Origin: an uncultured Dehalococcoidia bacterium
GTDB taxonomy: Bacteria; Chloroflexota; Dehalococcoidia; Lucifugimonadales; GCA-2712585
Direction of reading: 5' to 3'
DNA: 64,000 nucleotides
Assembly (NCBI GenBank): GCA_964439905.1
Contig: CAYTPK010000022.1
Coordinates: 8,639 to 72,638, forward strand
The translations under genes and the position numbers were made by a program. Numbering within the stretch: position 1 is the stretch's first letter; every line of letters begins with the position of its first letter. Of this stretch, positions 9,715 through 19,002 are shown piece after piece. Below the pieces are notes generated by a model that was not told the origin of the DNA, ran no database searches, and saw only the letters and a list, made by a program, of their open reading frames with translations.

Positions 9715-10580
9715 AATTTCGGATTCCGGACTACTTCGATCTAGCTTCTACTTTGGAAAGTGGACAAGCGCATCGATGGATAAATGAAAGTGGCTGGTAC
9801 TGGGGTGTTATTTATGGACACCTCATCAAAATTAGACAGCGTCAATCCGAACTTGAAATATGGTCTAATCTTAAAGATATAGAAAAACTGAAATTATTGA
9901 TTCACCGTTATTTTCGTATGGATGACGGTCTTGATGAAATATATCAAATAATCCGTAAAGATGATTATATCTCTGGGGCAATAGATCGCCACTATGGCTT
10001 GCGCATTTTGAGCCAAGAACCTTGGGAATGTCTATCTGCGTTTATTTGTTCTGCTACATCTAGTATTAGTCGCATTCATAAAAACATGGAGTCCATGTCA
10101 AATACACTGGGGGGAAGTTTGGAATTGGATGGGCATGTGAGAGCGACGTTTCCTAGCCCAAAACAAATCGCCGTTGCGGGTGAAGAGAAGTTACGGGAAT
10201 TGGGATTAGGATTTCGGGCCAAATATCTTCATTCTGCCGCTATAGCGGTAGCAGAAGGTGCTTTAGACTTAGGCGAATTGGTAAATATTGATTATTGGAA
10301 TGCCAAAACCAGATTGATGGAGCTTTCTGGAATCGGTCCTAAAATTGCTGATTGTGTTCTGGTTTTTTCGCTTGATAAATTGGAAGCATTTCCTATAGAT
10401 CGCTGGGTCAGTAGAGCACTTGAGAGATTCTATTTCCATGATGGTGTTCCTAATTACCAAGATACTGTTGTATGGGCCCAAAATTACTTTGGTTGTTATG
10501 CTGGATATGCCCAACAGTACTTGTTTCACGATCAACGGTTGGGTGGGCTTCACGTCAATCGTCTTCGCCATAGAAAATGA
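9711..10580 (+). CDS. 8-oxoguanine DNA glycosylase/AP lyase (OGG1-type, HhH-GPD superfamily)
   Basis: HhH-GPD motif LSGIGPKIADCVLVFSLDK...FPIDRWV with the catalytic Lys and Asp in the expected positions. ATGA overlap with the dinG stop. Confidence 0.8.
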   Translation: MKFRIPDYFDLASTLESGQAHRWINESGWYWGVIYGHLIKIRQRQSELEIWSNLKDIEKLKLLIHRYFRMDDGLDEIYQIIRKDDYISGAIDRHYGLRILSQEPWECLSAFICSATSSISRIHKNMESMSNTLGGSLELDGHVRATFPSPKQIAVAGEEKLRELGLGFRAKYLHSAAIAVAEGALDLGELVNIDYWNAKTRLMELSGIGPKIADCVLVFSLDKLEAFPIDRWVSRALERFYFHDGVPNYQDTVVWAQNYFGCYAGYAQQYLFHDQRLGGLHVNRLRHRK

Positions 10581-10617
10581 GACACTGAGCACCAGAAACT
10601 TAGTAATAGGAGGATAG

Positions 10618-11805
10618 ATGAATTTTTTAATTCGCAACGTAAAACTTATTGATGGTACCGGCGCAGCATCAGTACCCAGAGTGAATGTAGCGGTGCAAGA
10701 AGGTATTATTTCTTGGATCGACCAAGGACCTATACAACATTTCGAATATCCTCACTATGAAGATATAAACGGGGAGGATTTGACCCTGGTTCCAGGCCTA
10801 TTTGATTGCCACGAACATTTTGCAGGAGATGGAGGCCAATTTGGGGTTCCAATTATGGCAAGGGAAAGTGATGATATAGCTTTGATTTTCAATAGAGCAG
10901 TATCTAATGCTAGGAGAGCCCTAATCGCGGGTCAAACATCTGCTAGGGACGTCGGATCCCCATATGGTATAAGCATTACTATAGCTAAATCAATAGCATC
11001 TGGAGCTATCCAAGGCCCAAGAATAACGGCTTCCGGTGAGTGGCTTCAGATGCCTACGACTTGGGGATATTCTTTTGTCAAAACAGTGAATTCCAAGGCA
11101 GAGATGGAGGCCGCGGTAAAGGACCAAATTGCTACAGGTGCAGGACTTATTAAAGTTGGCGCAACAGGTACCAATACAGACGGAATTTCCTATAGTACTT
11201 TGGGCCCAGAAATCTGCAGTTTAGTGGTGGAATTAGCTCATAATGCGGGGCTCAAGGCTGCAGCTCATTGTACGGATGGAATCGAAGGTACTTGGGACGC
11301 TGTGAATGCAGGGTTTGATTCGATAGAACATGCTGTATATATTGATGACCTTACGGCAAAGCTTATGAAGGAAAAAGGAACGTATGTTGTTCCCACTTTA
11401 TCTACTTGGGATTATAGGATTAGAGCTGCGAAGCGATGGAAGTATTCTAAGAAAGAAAGAGATGCTTCAGAGGCCCGGAAGCGAACATCTATAGATAGCA
11501 TGAAAAGATGTATTAAAGCTGGTGTCAAAATTGCCGCTGGTACCGACGCAGGCGGATCACCGGTACGACATGGCAGCATTGTACACGAGTTGGAGTTGTT
11601 AGTGGATGTTGGGCTAACACCAATGCAGGCGCTTCAAGCTAGTACAAAAATTGCCGCCGAACTAGTTGGGACCCAGGATTTGGTAGGCACAATTCAAGTA
11701 GGGAAGCAGGCTGATCTACTATTACTGGATGGAGATCCTCTGGAGGATATTGGTGCTTTAAGGAATATTTGGGCGATGTTTTTAGGTGGTCGTAGGATAC
11801 GTTAA
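10618..11805 (+). CDS. Amidohydrolase-family metal-dependent hydrolase
   Basis: PGLFDCHEHF (HxH metal motif), IKVGATG, AAHC, GTDAG. GGAGG Shine-Dalgarno upstream. 395 aa. Confidence 0.8.
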   Translation: MNFLIRNVKLIDGTGAASVPRVNVAVQEGIISWIDQGPIQHFEYPHYEDINGEDLTLVPGLFDCHEHFAGDGGQFGVPIMARESDDIALIFNRAVSNARRALIAGQTSARDVGSPYGISITIAKSIASGAIQGPRITASGEWLQMPTTWGYSFVKTVNSKAEMEAAVKDQIATGAGLIKVGATGTNTDGISYSTLGPEICSLVVELAHNAGLKAAAHCTDGIEGTWDAVNAGFDSIEHAVYIDDLTAKLMKEKGTYVVPTLSTWDYRIRAAKRWKYSKKERDASEARKRTSIDSMKRCIKAGVKIAAGTDAGGSPVRHGSIVHELELLVDVGLTPMQALQASTKIAAELVGTQDLVGTIQVGKQADLLLLDGDPLEDIGALRNIWAMFLGGRRIR

Positions 11806-13499
11806 GAGTTTTTGACGAGTGGAATCATAAGTTGTGATGGATGGATTACATCATGATAAACTTTCTGTTTGGCAGGCCGCATATTCGTAGTTTTATGTTG
11901 TTTATCCCCGGTGTTCAGATTCCTATCAAAACGTGGGAAGTTACTACTAGATATTTCAAGGCGAATTCGATGCCCTTTTAGGAAAACATTACTTGTGGGT
12001 CCTAAGTTGATGTGGAAACGATATACCTTGTTAGGTTCCATTAGGGTTTGATATTCACGTGACTCACGATACCTAGCCCGGATTATCCCATCGCATATGT
12101 TCATTGCGTAGCCATCTGTAGATAGGTCCACAAGTTTGGCTGTAAAATCAGTATCTACAGCTGATGAACTTGCGTAAATTTCAGCATAGACGGTACCCGT
12201 AACTTCTATATCTTGTTTAAGAGGTTTTGTGGTGTACGTGAGCACGTCAGTGCGTTTTTCAATAGAGATTTGATTAAATGCTCCATAGGGAACTATCTCC
12301 GGATTGCAACAAGTACAGCCGCCATTAGTTGGAACTGGTGAGGAAGGATCATATATAAACGAATCGAACAATTCATTTCCAGGCAATTCGGTGGATAATT
12401 GTCCCTCGGTATCTAAATGTTCTGCTTTGCCGTGACTGTGTAGGTAGTAAGATATATGGGTTGCTCCTGGTATTGGCCATTGTGCCGAATCCTTCCATTG
12501 GTTCAACCCCATCACGAAACGTGTTACGGATGGTTCTGCATCTATGTTATTTCTTTCTCCTTTAAGCCATCTATTCATCCACCGTAGTTCCAAAGAACGC
12601 AAATCTATTAGTGAATCCATGCCGAAGTCTAAATCTCCTGCGTAGGAGAAAGAATTTATTTTATGTGTCCAGGGCCCTATAAGAAGTTTTTGATTTTTTC
12701 GCGATTTGAGGTTTCCGCCTTCAGATTGCATACCAGAAAAATTTTTCAACGTTCCGATACTGAAGAAGTCATACCAACCGCCAATGTGGAAAACTGGAAT
12801 TTTCACGTCGGTATATCTGTGCTCGATAGAGAGCTCTTTCCAATATGTGTCGTAATCTGGGTGAGATAGCCAGTCTTGGAAATAAGGGATTGTCTTACCT
12901 CCCTCCTTGTCAATTGCTTCTAAGGGAAGTTTTGCAAATATATGGGTCCAATTGTGTTTGTCGATCGGTTGATTGGTGCGACCGTCAGTTCGATAGATCC
13001 ATGTGGCGGTCCATCCCAATTGAAAAGCTCCTCCTTGATAATGAGGGGCTTCATATAAATTGTGGCCTATTACCCTAGGTATGATGGTTTTTAGAAAAGA
13101 GCTTTGCCCGACAGCTGCCTGCCATTGGACATTACCAGCGTAAGAGCTTCCAACCATCCCTATCTTACCGTTACACCAATTCTGTGTTCCTAACCACTCG
13201 ATGCTATCGTAGCCATCATTGAATTCGTGGACCCAGGGATAAAACTGGCCGTCAGAATCTCCTCTTCCACGAACATCTTGTGCGACGTAAACATATCCGT
13301 GTTGAGCGTAGAATATCGCTTCTTCAACCAGATGGTCGCTGACGTTATCATAAGGAGTTCGTAGAAGGATTACAGGCCAAGGACCTTTGTTTGTAGATGG
13401 GTAAAAGACGTCTGCAGATAATCGGATCCCGTCTCTCATAGGCATACCGACATTATATTGGACGCTTACACCGGCAGGAATAAAGGGACTAAGTGACAT
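11802..13499 (-). CDS. CocE/NonD-family hydrolase (S15 X-Pro dipeptidyl-peptidase-like)
   Basis: LLRTPY, VAQDVRGRGDSDG, nucleophile elbow GSSYAG, and a C-terminal jelly-roll domain ending SSSNFPRFDRNLNTG. 565 aa. Confidence 0.85.
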   Translation of the reverse strand: MSLSPFIPAGVSVQYNVGMPMRDGIRLSADVFYPSTNKGPWPVILLRTPYDNVSDHLVEEAIFYAQHGYVYVAQDVRGRGDSDGQFYPWVHEFNDGYDSIEWLGTQNWCNGKIGMVGSSYAGNVQWQAAVGQSSFLKTIIPRVIGHNLYEAPHYQGGAFQLGWTATWIYRTDGRTNQPIDKHNWTHIFAKLPLEAIDKEGGKTIPYFQDWLSHPDYDTYWKELSIEHRYTDVKIPVFHIGGWYDFFSIGTLKNFSGMQSEGGNLKSRKNQKLLIGPWTHKINSFSYAGDLDFGMDSLIDLRSLELRWMNRWLKGERNNIDAEPSVTRFVMGLNQWKDSAQWPIPGATHISYYLHSHGKAEHLDTEGQLSTELPGNELFDSFIYDPSSPVPTNGGCTCCNPEIVPYGAFNQISIEKRTDVLTYTTKPLKQDIEVTGTVYAEIYASSSAVDTDFTAKLVDLSTDGYAMNICDGIIRARYRESREYQTLMEPNKVYRFHINLGPTSNVFLKGHRIRLEISSSNFPRFDRNLNTGDKQHKTTNMRPAKQKVYHDVIHPSQLMIPLVKNS

Positions 13500-13557
13500 G
13501 CTACCTCTTAGAGTCGTGCCTAGTATAAAACAGACAGATTAGATAAATATACGCGTG

Positions 13558-14694
13558 TCAACCAGATGCCAATGGGTGTCCGTCTATCAGTCTATGGCCG
13601 TAGATCTTAACTGAATTATCCCATAGAATCTTTCGTTTAGTTTCTTCAGTGAGCGGTTGTTCCATCATATTTTTTAGGGGTTCTGAGGTAGCTGGAGCAT
13701 CAGGATGTGGATAGTCAGTGTTGAAAACTATGTTATCATCTCCTATATAATCCACGACGTATTTTATAGCGGGTTCGTCAGCATCTGCAGCTACCGCACA
13801 TTGTCTCAAGAAGTATTCCTGAGGACTTAATTGGAGAGGATGTTCGTCGAAAAATACAGATTGGCGACCCTCGCAATACTTTTCTAATCTATTTAACCAG
13901 AAAGGTAGCCAACCTGAGTTGGCCTCCAAAATTAGGAGACGTAGACTAGAGAATTTGTCCAAAAGACCGCTATAAATAAAATGCCCAAGGTTTATCATAT
14001 TTTCGAATGGAAATCCAATTGCTTGTCCCAAAGCTATAAACGGACCAGAGGACGAATCGTATCTGGAGCCGGCTAACGGGTGTCCACCAGAACTACTGTT
14101 ACCGTGAACTGATATAGGAACATCTAGATCTTGTATGGTTCTCCATATTTCGTCGTAGATTGGATCGTGCCACATTTTCCCGGAAATGACTTTTGGAAGG
14201 AAGATGGACACAGATCCTAACTCCGTTACGGATCGCTCTATTTCCGCCCGCATATCTCCAATATTGTGACCTGGGACCGGCGCTGTAAATTTCACTTTCT
14301 TAGGGGCAGCGCTACAGAAATCGTAGGCCCAGTTGTTATAGGCCCTACACATAGCTCCTTGGACCTCTGGTTCTATGAAAGATGGGAGCGAAACAGTTTT
14401 GGTGGGGAGACATACTTGGATGTCCCAGCCCTCTGTTTCCATATCCAAGAGACGGCTACTGATACTCCAATTATCGTGAAAGGCATGACCAAATTTGCTA
14501 TCCATCTGATCGAATAGCGTTTTTGCCTTCCAGGCTCCTGTGGTTTCACCTTGGAGTTGGAGCAAAGAATTCCCATGGACTTTTTTGACTTTGGGAACAC
14601 GTTTCTTGAATTCGTCCTCGGTGTAGTCCTCCCAAAGGTTGGGTGGTTCATAGAAATGACCATCGGCATCTATTATTCTAAATCCCTTACGAAT
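13558..14694 (-). CDS. Amidohydrolase_2 (ACMSD-like) family protein; start codon uncertain
   Basis: The track ORF starts at TTG 14565, but the same frame is open up to 14703. The extension encodes the family's N-terminal metal motif RIIDADGHFYEPPNLWEDY. No ATG/GTG/TTG lies upstream of that motif. ATT at 14694-14692 sits 6 nt downstream of an AGAGG Shine-Dalgarno. Confidence 0.7.
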   Translation of the reverse strand: MRKGFRIIDADGHFYEPPNLWEDYTEDEFKKRVPKVKKVHGNSLLQLQGETTGAWKAKTLFDQMDSKFGHAFHDNWSISSRLLDMETEGWDIQVCLPTKTVSLPSFIEPEVQGAMCRAYNNWAYDFCSAAPKKVKFTAPVPGHNIGDMRAEIERSVTELGSVSIFLPKVISGKMWHDPIYDEIWRTIQDLDVPISVHGNSSSGGHPLAGSRYDSSSGPFIALGQAIGFPFENMINLGHFIYSGLLDKFSSLRLLILEANSGWLPFWLNRLEKYCEGRQSVFFDEHPLQLSPQEYFLRQCAVAADADEPAIKYVVDYIGDDNIVFNTDYPHPDAPATSEPLKNMMEQPLTEETKRKILWDNSVKIYGHRLIDGHPLASG

Positions 14695-14699
14695 GACAT

Positions 14700-14726
14700 G
14701 CCTCTATCTAGGTTTGTGATAGAGGC
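14700..14726 (-). promoter_or_regulatory. Perfect 9-bp inverted repeat overlapping the Shine-Dalgarno of the amidohydrolase_2 gene
   Basis: gcctctatc (14700-14708) / gatagaggc (14718-14726) with a 9-nt spacer. On the minus strand the downstream arm contains the AGAGG Shine-Dalgarno. Confidence 0.35.
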
Positions 14727-14912
14727 ATAGTATCATATTTTGATTCTTCCTGGCATAAATGAAACGGAGTTTTTATGGGTGGTGGTGGTATTCTACACCA
14801 GCTAAACCAAACCCCAAAATGACATCTTCTATTAAAACCAATGGTTTCTGAAGTATATGAAACCGTTTTATTCTGAACGAATGACGAGGTTGCGCTGGAG
14901 TGCCTATTTGGC

Positions 14913-15578
14913 TTAGCTTAGTTCTGGCCAGAACCGTTCTTCTTTGTTGAAATCACCATTATTATGGTACCCTCTAACCTCCCAGAAACCTGGTTTATCA
15001 ACAGTACTAAACTCGATTCCTGTTACCCATTTGGCTGACTTCCAACCGTAACGGGCAGGGACAACCGTTCTAAGAGGACCGCCATGTTCAGGTGGCAACT
15101 TTTCACCGTCATGCTTGTAGGCGAGCATAGACGTTCCGTCAAGGGCTATTTCAATTGGAATATTAGTAGAATAGTCTCCATAGCAATGTGCGATCACATG
15201 TTTAGCACTAGACTTTGGTTTGATCAGTTGTGCTAGCGTCGTTATTAATACGCCTTCCCAAGTATTTTCTAGGCGGCTCCACTGAGTTACACAATGAAAT
15301 GGCACTTCTATGGTATCTTGTTTGAGATTTATGAACTGAGTCCAATTTAGTTCAAGCGTATTTTCTATCTCTCCGAAAATACGTAGTCTCCAGTCTTCGA
15401 TAGAGATGTTTGGGGTAGGACCATATGTCAAAACGGGAAATTTTTCCGTTACAAATTGACCTGGTGGGACGTCCTCAATGTTCGGAGCTGTCTTTAATTT
15501 GTCCTGACGTTTAAACTGCAACTGTAATCCTCCAAAATTGTGACATTCATGGTATCTATCGGTTGGGTTATGTGTCAA
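14913..15578 (-). CDS. Sulfite-oxidase-fold molybdopterin-binding oxidoreductase (no signal peptide, no haem or YedZ partner nearby)
   Basis: FHCVTQWS (Mo-ligand Cys context) and HGGPLRTVVPARYGWKSAKWVTGIEF, typical of the Oxidored_molyb family. 221 aa. Confidence 0.75.
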   Translation of the reverse strand: MTHNPTDRYHECHNFGGLQLQFKRQDKLKTAPNIEDVPPGQFVTEKFPVLTYGPTPNISIEDWRLRIFGEIENTLELNWTQFINLKQDTIEVPFHCVTQWSRLENTWEGVLITTLAQLIKPKSSAKHVIAHCYGDYSTNIPIEIALDGTSMLAYKHDGEKLPPEHGGPLRTVVPARYGWKSAKWVTGIEFSTVDKPGFWEVRGYHNNGDFNKEERFWPELS

Positions 15579-15728
15579 ACAATTCCCCTCGTCTTTTTGG
15601 CAAATTAACGTTAATGTTTATATATAGGCGAGATATACCTTAAAAGAATCAAGATTGATTGTTTTTTGTGATTAGTTTGTGTGATGGATATAGAAATGAA
15701 AATACTATTAGGTCAATAATATTTCATT

Positions 15729-16793
15729 ATGCAGTCAAGCATTCGTCGATATGACATAGATTCAATAAGGGTTTTGGCTTTGTGTTTACTCATTTTTTAT
15801 CATATTACCTTGGGATTTCAACCATGGGGTAGCTTGTTTTTTTTCATTACGAATAACGACGATCTGACGATCTTATGGAACTTTATGGAACTGATAAATA
15901 TTTGGCGTATACCTATACTATTTGTGGTTTCAGGTATGGCTGTTAACTTTGCGTCTAGGAGACGCGATTTATACCAACTAGTTGTAGATAGGACCTATAG
16001 GATTTTAGTTCCATTATTGTTTGGCATGGTTTTTATAGTGCCCGTTTATCTCAGGATTGCTCAAGGATACTATGGTCATGACTATTCTTATTGGCCTAAT
16101 GTTGGTCATCTGTGGTTCTTGGGCAATATATTTGTGTACGTCTTGTTGTTCTCTCCCGTCTTTTACTTCTACAAAAACCAACATCGGAATTTCGCGGATC
16201 GGGCAATTTCAAATATTGTTCAGAAACCTTTCGGTGCTCTGATCCTTTTCTCCCTACCCTTAATAATGGAATCGGTTATCATAAATCCAGAATCCTATGC
16301 AGGATTTGCTATTTACCCGATACATGGCTTTATTACTGGTGGAATTTGTTTCTTTATGGGATACATGTTTGTGTCGTTGGATGAGAAATTTTGGAAAAGC
16401 GTAAGAGATATACGTTTCATAATTCTGATATTGGCTTTTTCCCTATATCTAGTCCGAGTATTTGATATGCTTCCAACATCGTTAACTATTTTAAGTGTTG
16501 CCTTAACTCCATTTGAATCGGTTTGCTGGATGTTATCGACATTCTCTTTTGGATCACTGTATTTAAACCGCCCGTCTAGCCTTTTGAGCTATCTTACTCC
16601 TGCCGTCTATCCTCTATATATTGTTCACATGCCACTACAATTCCTGTTTTCGAGCTTTATATTCACTCTGGCGATTCCACCCGTATACAAATTCGTGCTG
16701 GTGTTATTGGCAACATATGGTGGAGGATTAATAATATATGAGATGGTAAAGAAAATTAAATGGGGTAGTACGTTACTGGGAATTAAAGTATAA
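15729..16793 (+). CDS. Acyltransferase 3 family integral membrane protein
   Basis: RRYDIDSIRVLALCLLIFYHI N-terminal motif and about 10 hydrophobic helices. 354 aa. Confidence 0.7.
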   Translation: MQSSIRRYDIDSIRVLALCLLIFYHITLGFQPWGSLFFFITNNDDLTILWNFMELINIWRIPILFVVSGMAVNFASRRRDLYQLVVDRTYRILVPLLFGMVFIVPVYLRIAQGYYGHDYSYWPNVGHLWFLGNIFVYVLLFSPVFYFYKNQHRNFADRAISNIVQKPFGALILFSLPLIMESVIINPESYAGFAIYPIHGFITGGICFFMGYMFVSLDEKFWKSVRDIRFIILILAFSLYLVRVFDMLPTSLTILSVALTPFESVCWMLSTFSFGSLYLNRPSSLLSYLTPAVYPLYIVHMPLQFLFSSFIFTLAIPPVYKFVLVLLATYGGGLIIYEMVKKIKWGSTLLGIKV

Positions 16794-16837
16794 GCAAATG
16801 GTGATTAGTAATATAATGATCCAAGTAAAAGATTAGA

Positions 16838-17587
16838 ATGATTTGTAAAAATATACCCTCAGGAATTAAAAAAGAGTCGCTAGGTATACGAGTAGAAGGT
16901 CTATCTAAAAGCTTTGGAGCCACATCGGTCTTGAGCTCTTTTGATTTAACCCTTCAGCGAGGTAACCGGTTAGTTATATTTGGTCCTAATGGCTCTGGAA
17001 AAACCACTTTATTGAAACTCTTATCTACTAGATATCGTCCAGATAGTGGTGAAATATGGATGAACGGAAATTGTAGTAGATTAGAACCCGATGCAATTCG
17101 AAGGTCGGTGGGTGTAGTGTTGCATGATCCCATGCTTTATGAAGAAATGACATGCGAAGAAAACCTCCGGTTTTTTGGACGGATGTTTGATCTGAGTGAT
17201 TTACCAGGTCGTATTTCAGATTTACTGGACAAGGTGAATTTAATAGTAGAGAGACAACAAAAGGTGAGGTACCTGTCTCACGGTATGCAAAAAAGATTGG
17301 CAATCGCCAGAGCGCTTTTACACGACCCCGATATTCTCCTTTTAGATGAACCTGAGTCTGGACTAGATAAACAAATGTTGGATGACTTAGAGTCAATTTT
17401 GTTCAAGAGTAACCGAGGCAATAGAACCATTGTTATGGCTACTCACAATTCTGAAATAGGTTTAAAATGGGCTGACGAAGTAGTTTTTTTATCGAAAGGA
17501 ACAATTGTTTCAAGGATGAGCAGAGCTAAGATGGATGAATCAAAATTCTACGATGCATTTTTCCAGCAGTTGGAGAAAATCACTTGA
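16838..17587 (+). CDS. ccmA: Haem exporter ABC ATPase CcmA
   Basis: Walker A GPNGSGKTT, signature LSHGMQKRLAIA, Walker B ILLLDEPESGLD. Its stop overlaps the ccmB start. Confidence 0.8.
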   Translation: MICKNIPSGIKKESLGIRVEGLSKSFGATSVLSSFDLTLQRGNRLVIFGPNGSGKTTLLKLLSTRYRPDSGEIWMNGNCSRLEPDAIRRSVGVVLHDPMLYEEMTCEENLRFFGRMFDLSDLPGRISDLLDKVNLIVERQQKVRYLSHGMQKRLAIARALLHDPDILLLDEPESGLDKQMLDDLESILFKSNRGNRTIVMATHNSEIGLKWADEVVFLSKGTIVSRMSRAKMDESKFYDAFFQQLEKIT

Positions 17588-18261
17588 TGGGATTCATTAG
17601 ACCAATCTTTGTCATCGCATGGAAGGATATCACACTTGAATTGCGGACTAAGGATATAATGGTATCGGCCTTGGTATTTGCTTTAATGGTTATTGTTATA
17701 TTCAATTTTGCGCTAAACATCACCCCGACGATGGTTGATTCTTTGGCCCCAGGGATCTTATGGCTATCCTTCGCATTTGCAGGGGTCTTAGCGATGGGCC
17801 GAGCGTTTATTGTAGAGGGAAATAAAGGGGGTCTGGACGCATTGCTATTGTGTCCAGTTAGTAGGGACGCGATATTTCTAGGAAAAATGATTTCAATGTT
17901 TGTTTTTATGGTTGTCATAGAAGCGCTCGTTTTACCCATTTTTGTGATCTTGTTCAATTTTGACTCAATATCCCTCAAGCTGATTGTTATAATGTTACTT
18001 GGGACCCTTGGGTTTGCTACTGTTGGAACATTGTTCTCGTCGATTGCCTTTAATCTGCGTTCACGGGAAATTATGCTGCCATTGTTGTTCTTCCCCGTGG
18101 TCACACCAATCATTATTGGGGTTGTAGAGGCCTCGTCTGGAGTGATTACCGATACGGTTAATATAATCGAGACTAGTAGATGGATTGGACTGATAATCGT
18201 GTTTGATGCTATTTTCCTTGTGCTTTGTCCCTGGGCTTTTGGGGTAGCAATGGAAGAATAA
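17587..18261 (+). CDS. ccmB: Haem exporter permease CcmB
   Basis: Six-helix membrane protein with the CcmB-like motif FIVEGNKGGLDALLLCPVSRDAIFLGK. TGATG stop/start overlap with ccmA (TTG at 17584 is an alternative start). Confidence 0.8.
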   Translation: MGFIRPIFVIAWKDITLELRTKDIMVSALVFALMVIVIFNFALNITPTMVDSLAPGILWLSFAFAGVLAMGRAFIVEGNKGGLDALLLCPVSRDAIFLGKMISMFVFMVVIEALVLPIFVILFNFDSISLKLIVIMLLGTLGFATVGTLFSSIAFNLRSREIMLPLLFFPVVTPIIIGVVEASSGVITDTVNIIETSRWIGLIIVFDAIFLVLCPWAFGVAMEE

Positions 18262-18324
18262 ATGCTGACTAGATATATTAAAAAAATAAGGAACTACTTT
18301 AATAAGGTCGTATAAAAACACAAT

Positions 18325-18999
18325 ATGCGTTTTTTATTAATACTCACAGTCTCTGTTCTACTTTCAATAAACATTTTTCTAATTTTCATGTGGGCCCCCA
18401 CTGAAGTTCAGATGGGACATGTTCAGAGGATTTTTTACGTCCATGTTCCGTCAGCATGGATAGCATTTCTGGCGTTTGGAATCGTATTTTTGGGCAGTAT
18501 TCAATACCTTAGGACACGTGAGGCTAAATGGGATAATCTTGCTAGTGCTTCAGCCGAATTGGGAGTTATTTTTACTACGCTAGTCCTAGTAACTGGTCCC
18601 ATATGGGCAAAACCAGTCTGGGGTATTTGGTGGACTTGGGATGTTCGGTTGACGACAACTTTAGTGTTGTGGTTAATCTATGTGTCCTATCTGATGGTAC
18701 GATCTTACAGCGGTAATCATTACCAAGGTTCTAGATACTCCGCTATTTTGGGTATTGTAGGTGTTATTAATTTACCATTTGTCTATTTTGCGGTGAACTG
18801 GTGGAATACACAGCACCAAAGGTTAGTTTTAGGGGTCGGTTCGACAAACGCAGGGCTAGACCCTGACATGAGGATTACCCTCTACTTCTCTTTATTAGCG
18901 TTTACTTCTCTGTTCGGATACCTATTGTGGTTTAGAGTGTCGTTAAAAAGAACTGAAGATATGGTTAGGCAAAAAGGGCACTTGGGTACGGATCATTAA
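18325..18999 (+). CDS. ccmC: Haem exporter/haem lyase subunit CcmC
   Basis: Trp-rich WWD motif WGIWWTWDVRLT, flanking conserved His residues, and the typical 6-TM layout. 224 aa. Confidence 0.9.
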   Translation: MRFLLILTVSVLLSINIFLIFMWAPTEVQMGHVQRIFYVHVPSAWIAFLAFGIVFLGSIQYLRTREAKWDNLASASAELGVIFTTLVLVTGPIWAKPVWGIWWTWDVRLTTTLVLWLIYVSYLMVRSYSGNHYQGSRYSAILGIVGVINLPFVYFAVNWWNTQHQRLVLGVGSTNAGLDPDMRITLYFSLLAFTSLFGYLLWFRVSLKRTEDMVRQKGHLGTDH

Positions 19000-19002
19000 T
19001 AG

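Noticed and set aside
14373-14669. 98-aa minus-strand ORF starting with ATG upstream of the amidohydrolase_2 ORF
   Set aside because: It is out of frame with the conserved protein. The DADGHFYEPP motif is encoded in the same frame as the downstream ORF, so this ATG frame is a shadow ORF and there is no evidence of a frameshift.
15579-15728. Moco riboswitch upstream of the SUOX-fold Mo enzyme
   Set aside because: The region is very AT-rich, with none of the conserved GC-rich Moco-RNA helices. It is more likely a plain divergent promoter region.
17580-18113. 177-aa minus-strand ORF
   Set aside because: It is fully antisense to ccmB, whose membrane-protein pattern and coupling to ccmA are convincing. 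The antisense frame has a low-complexity composition.
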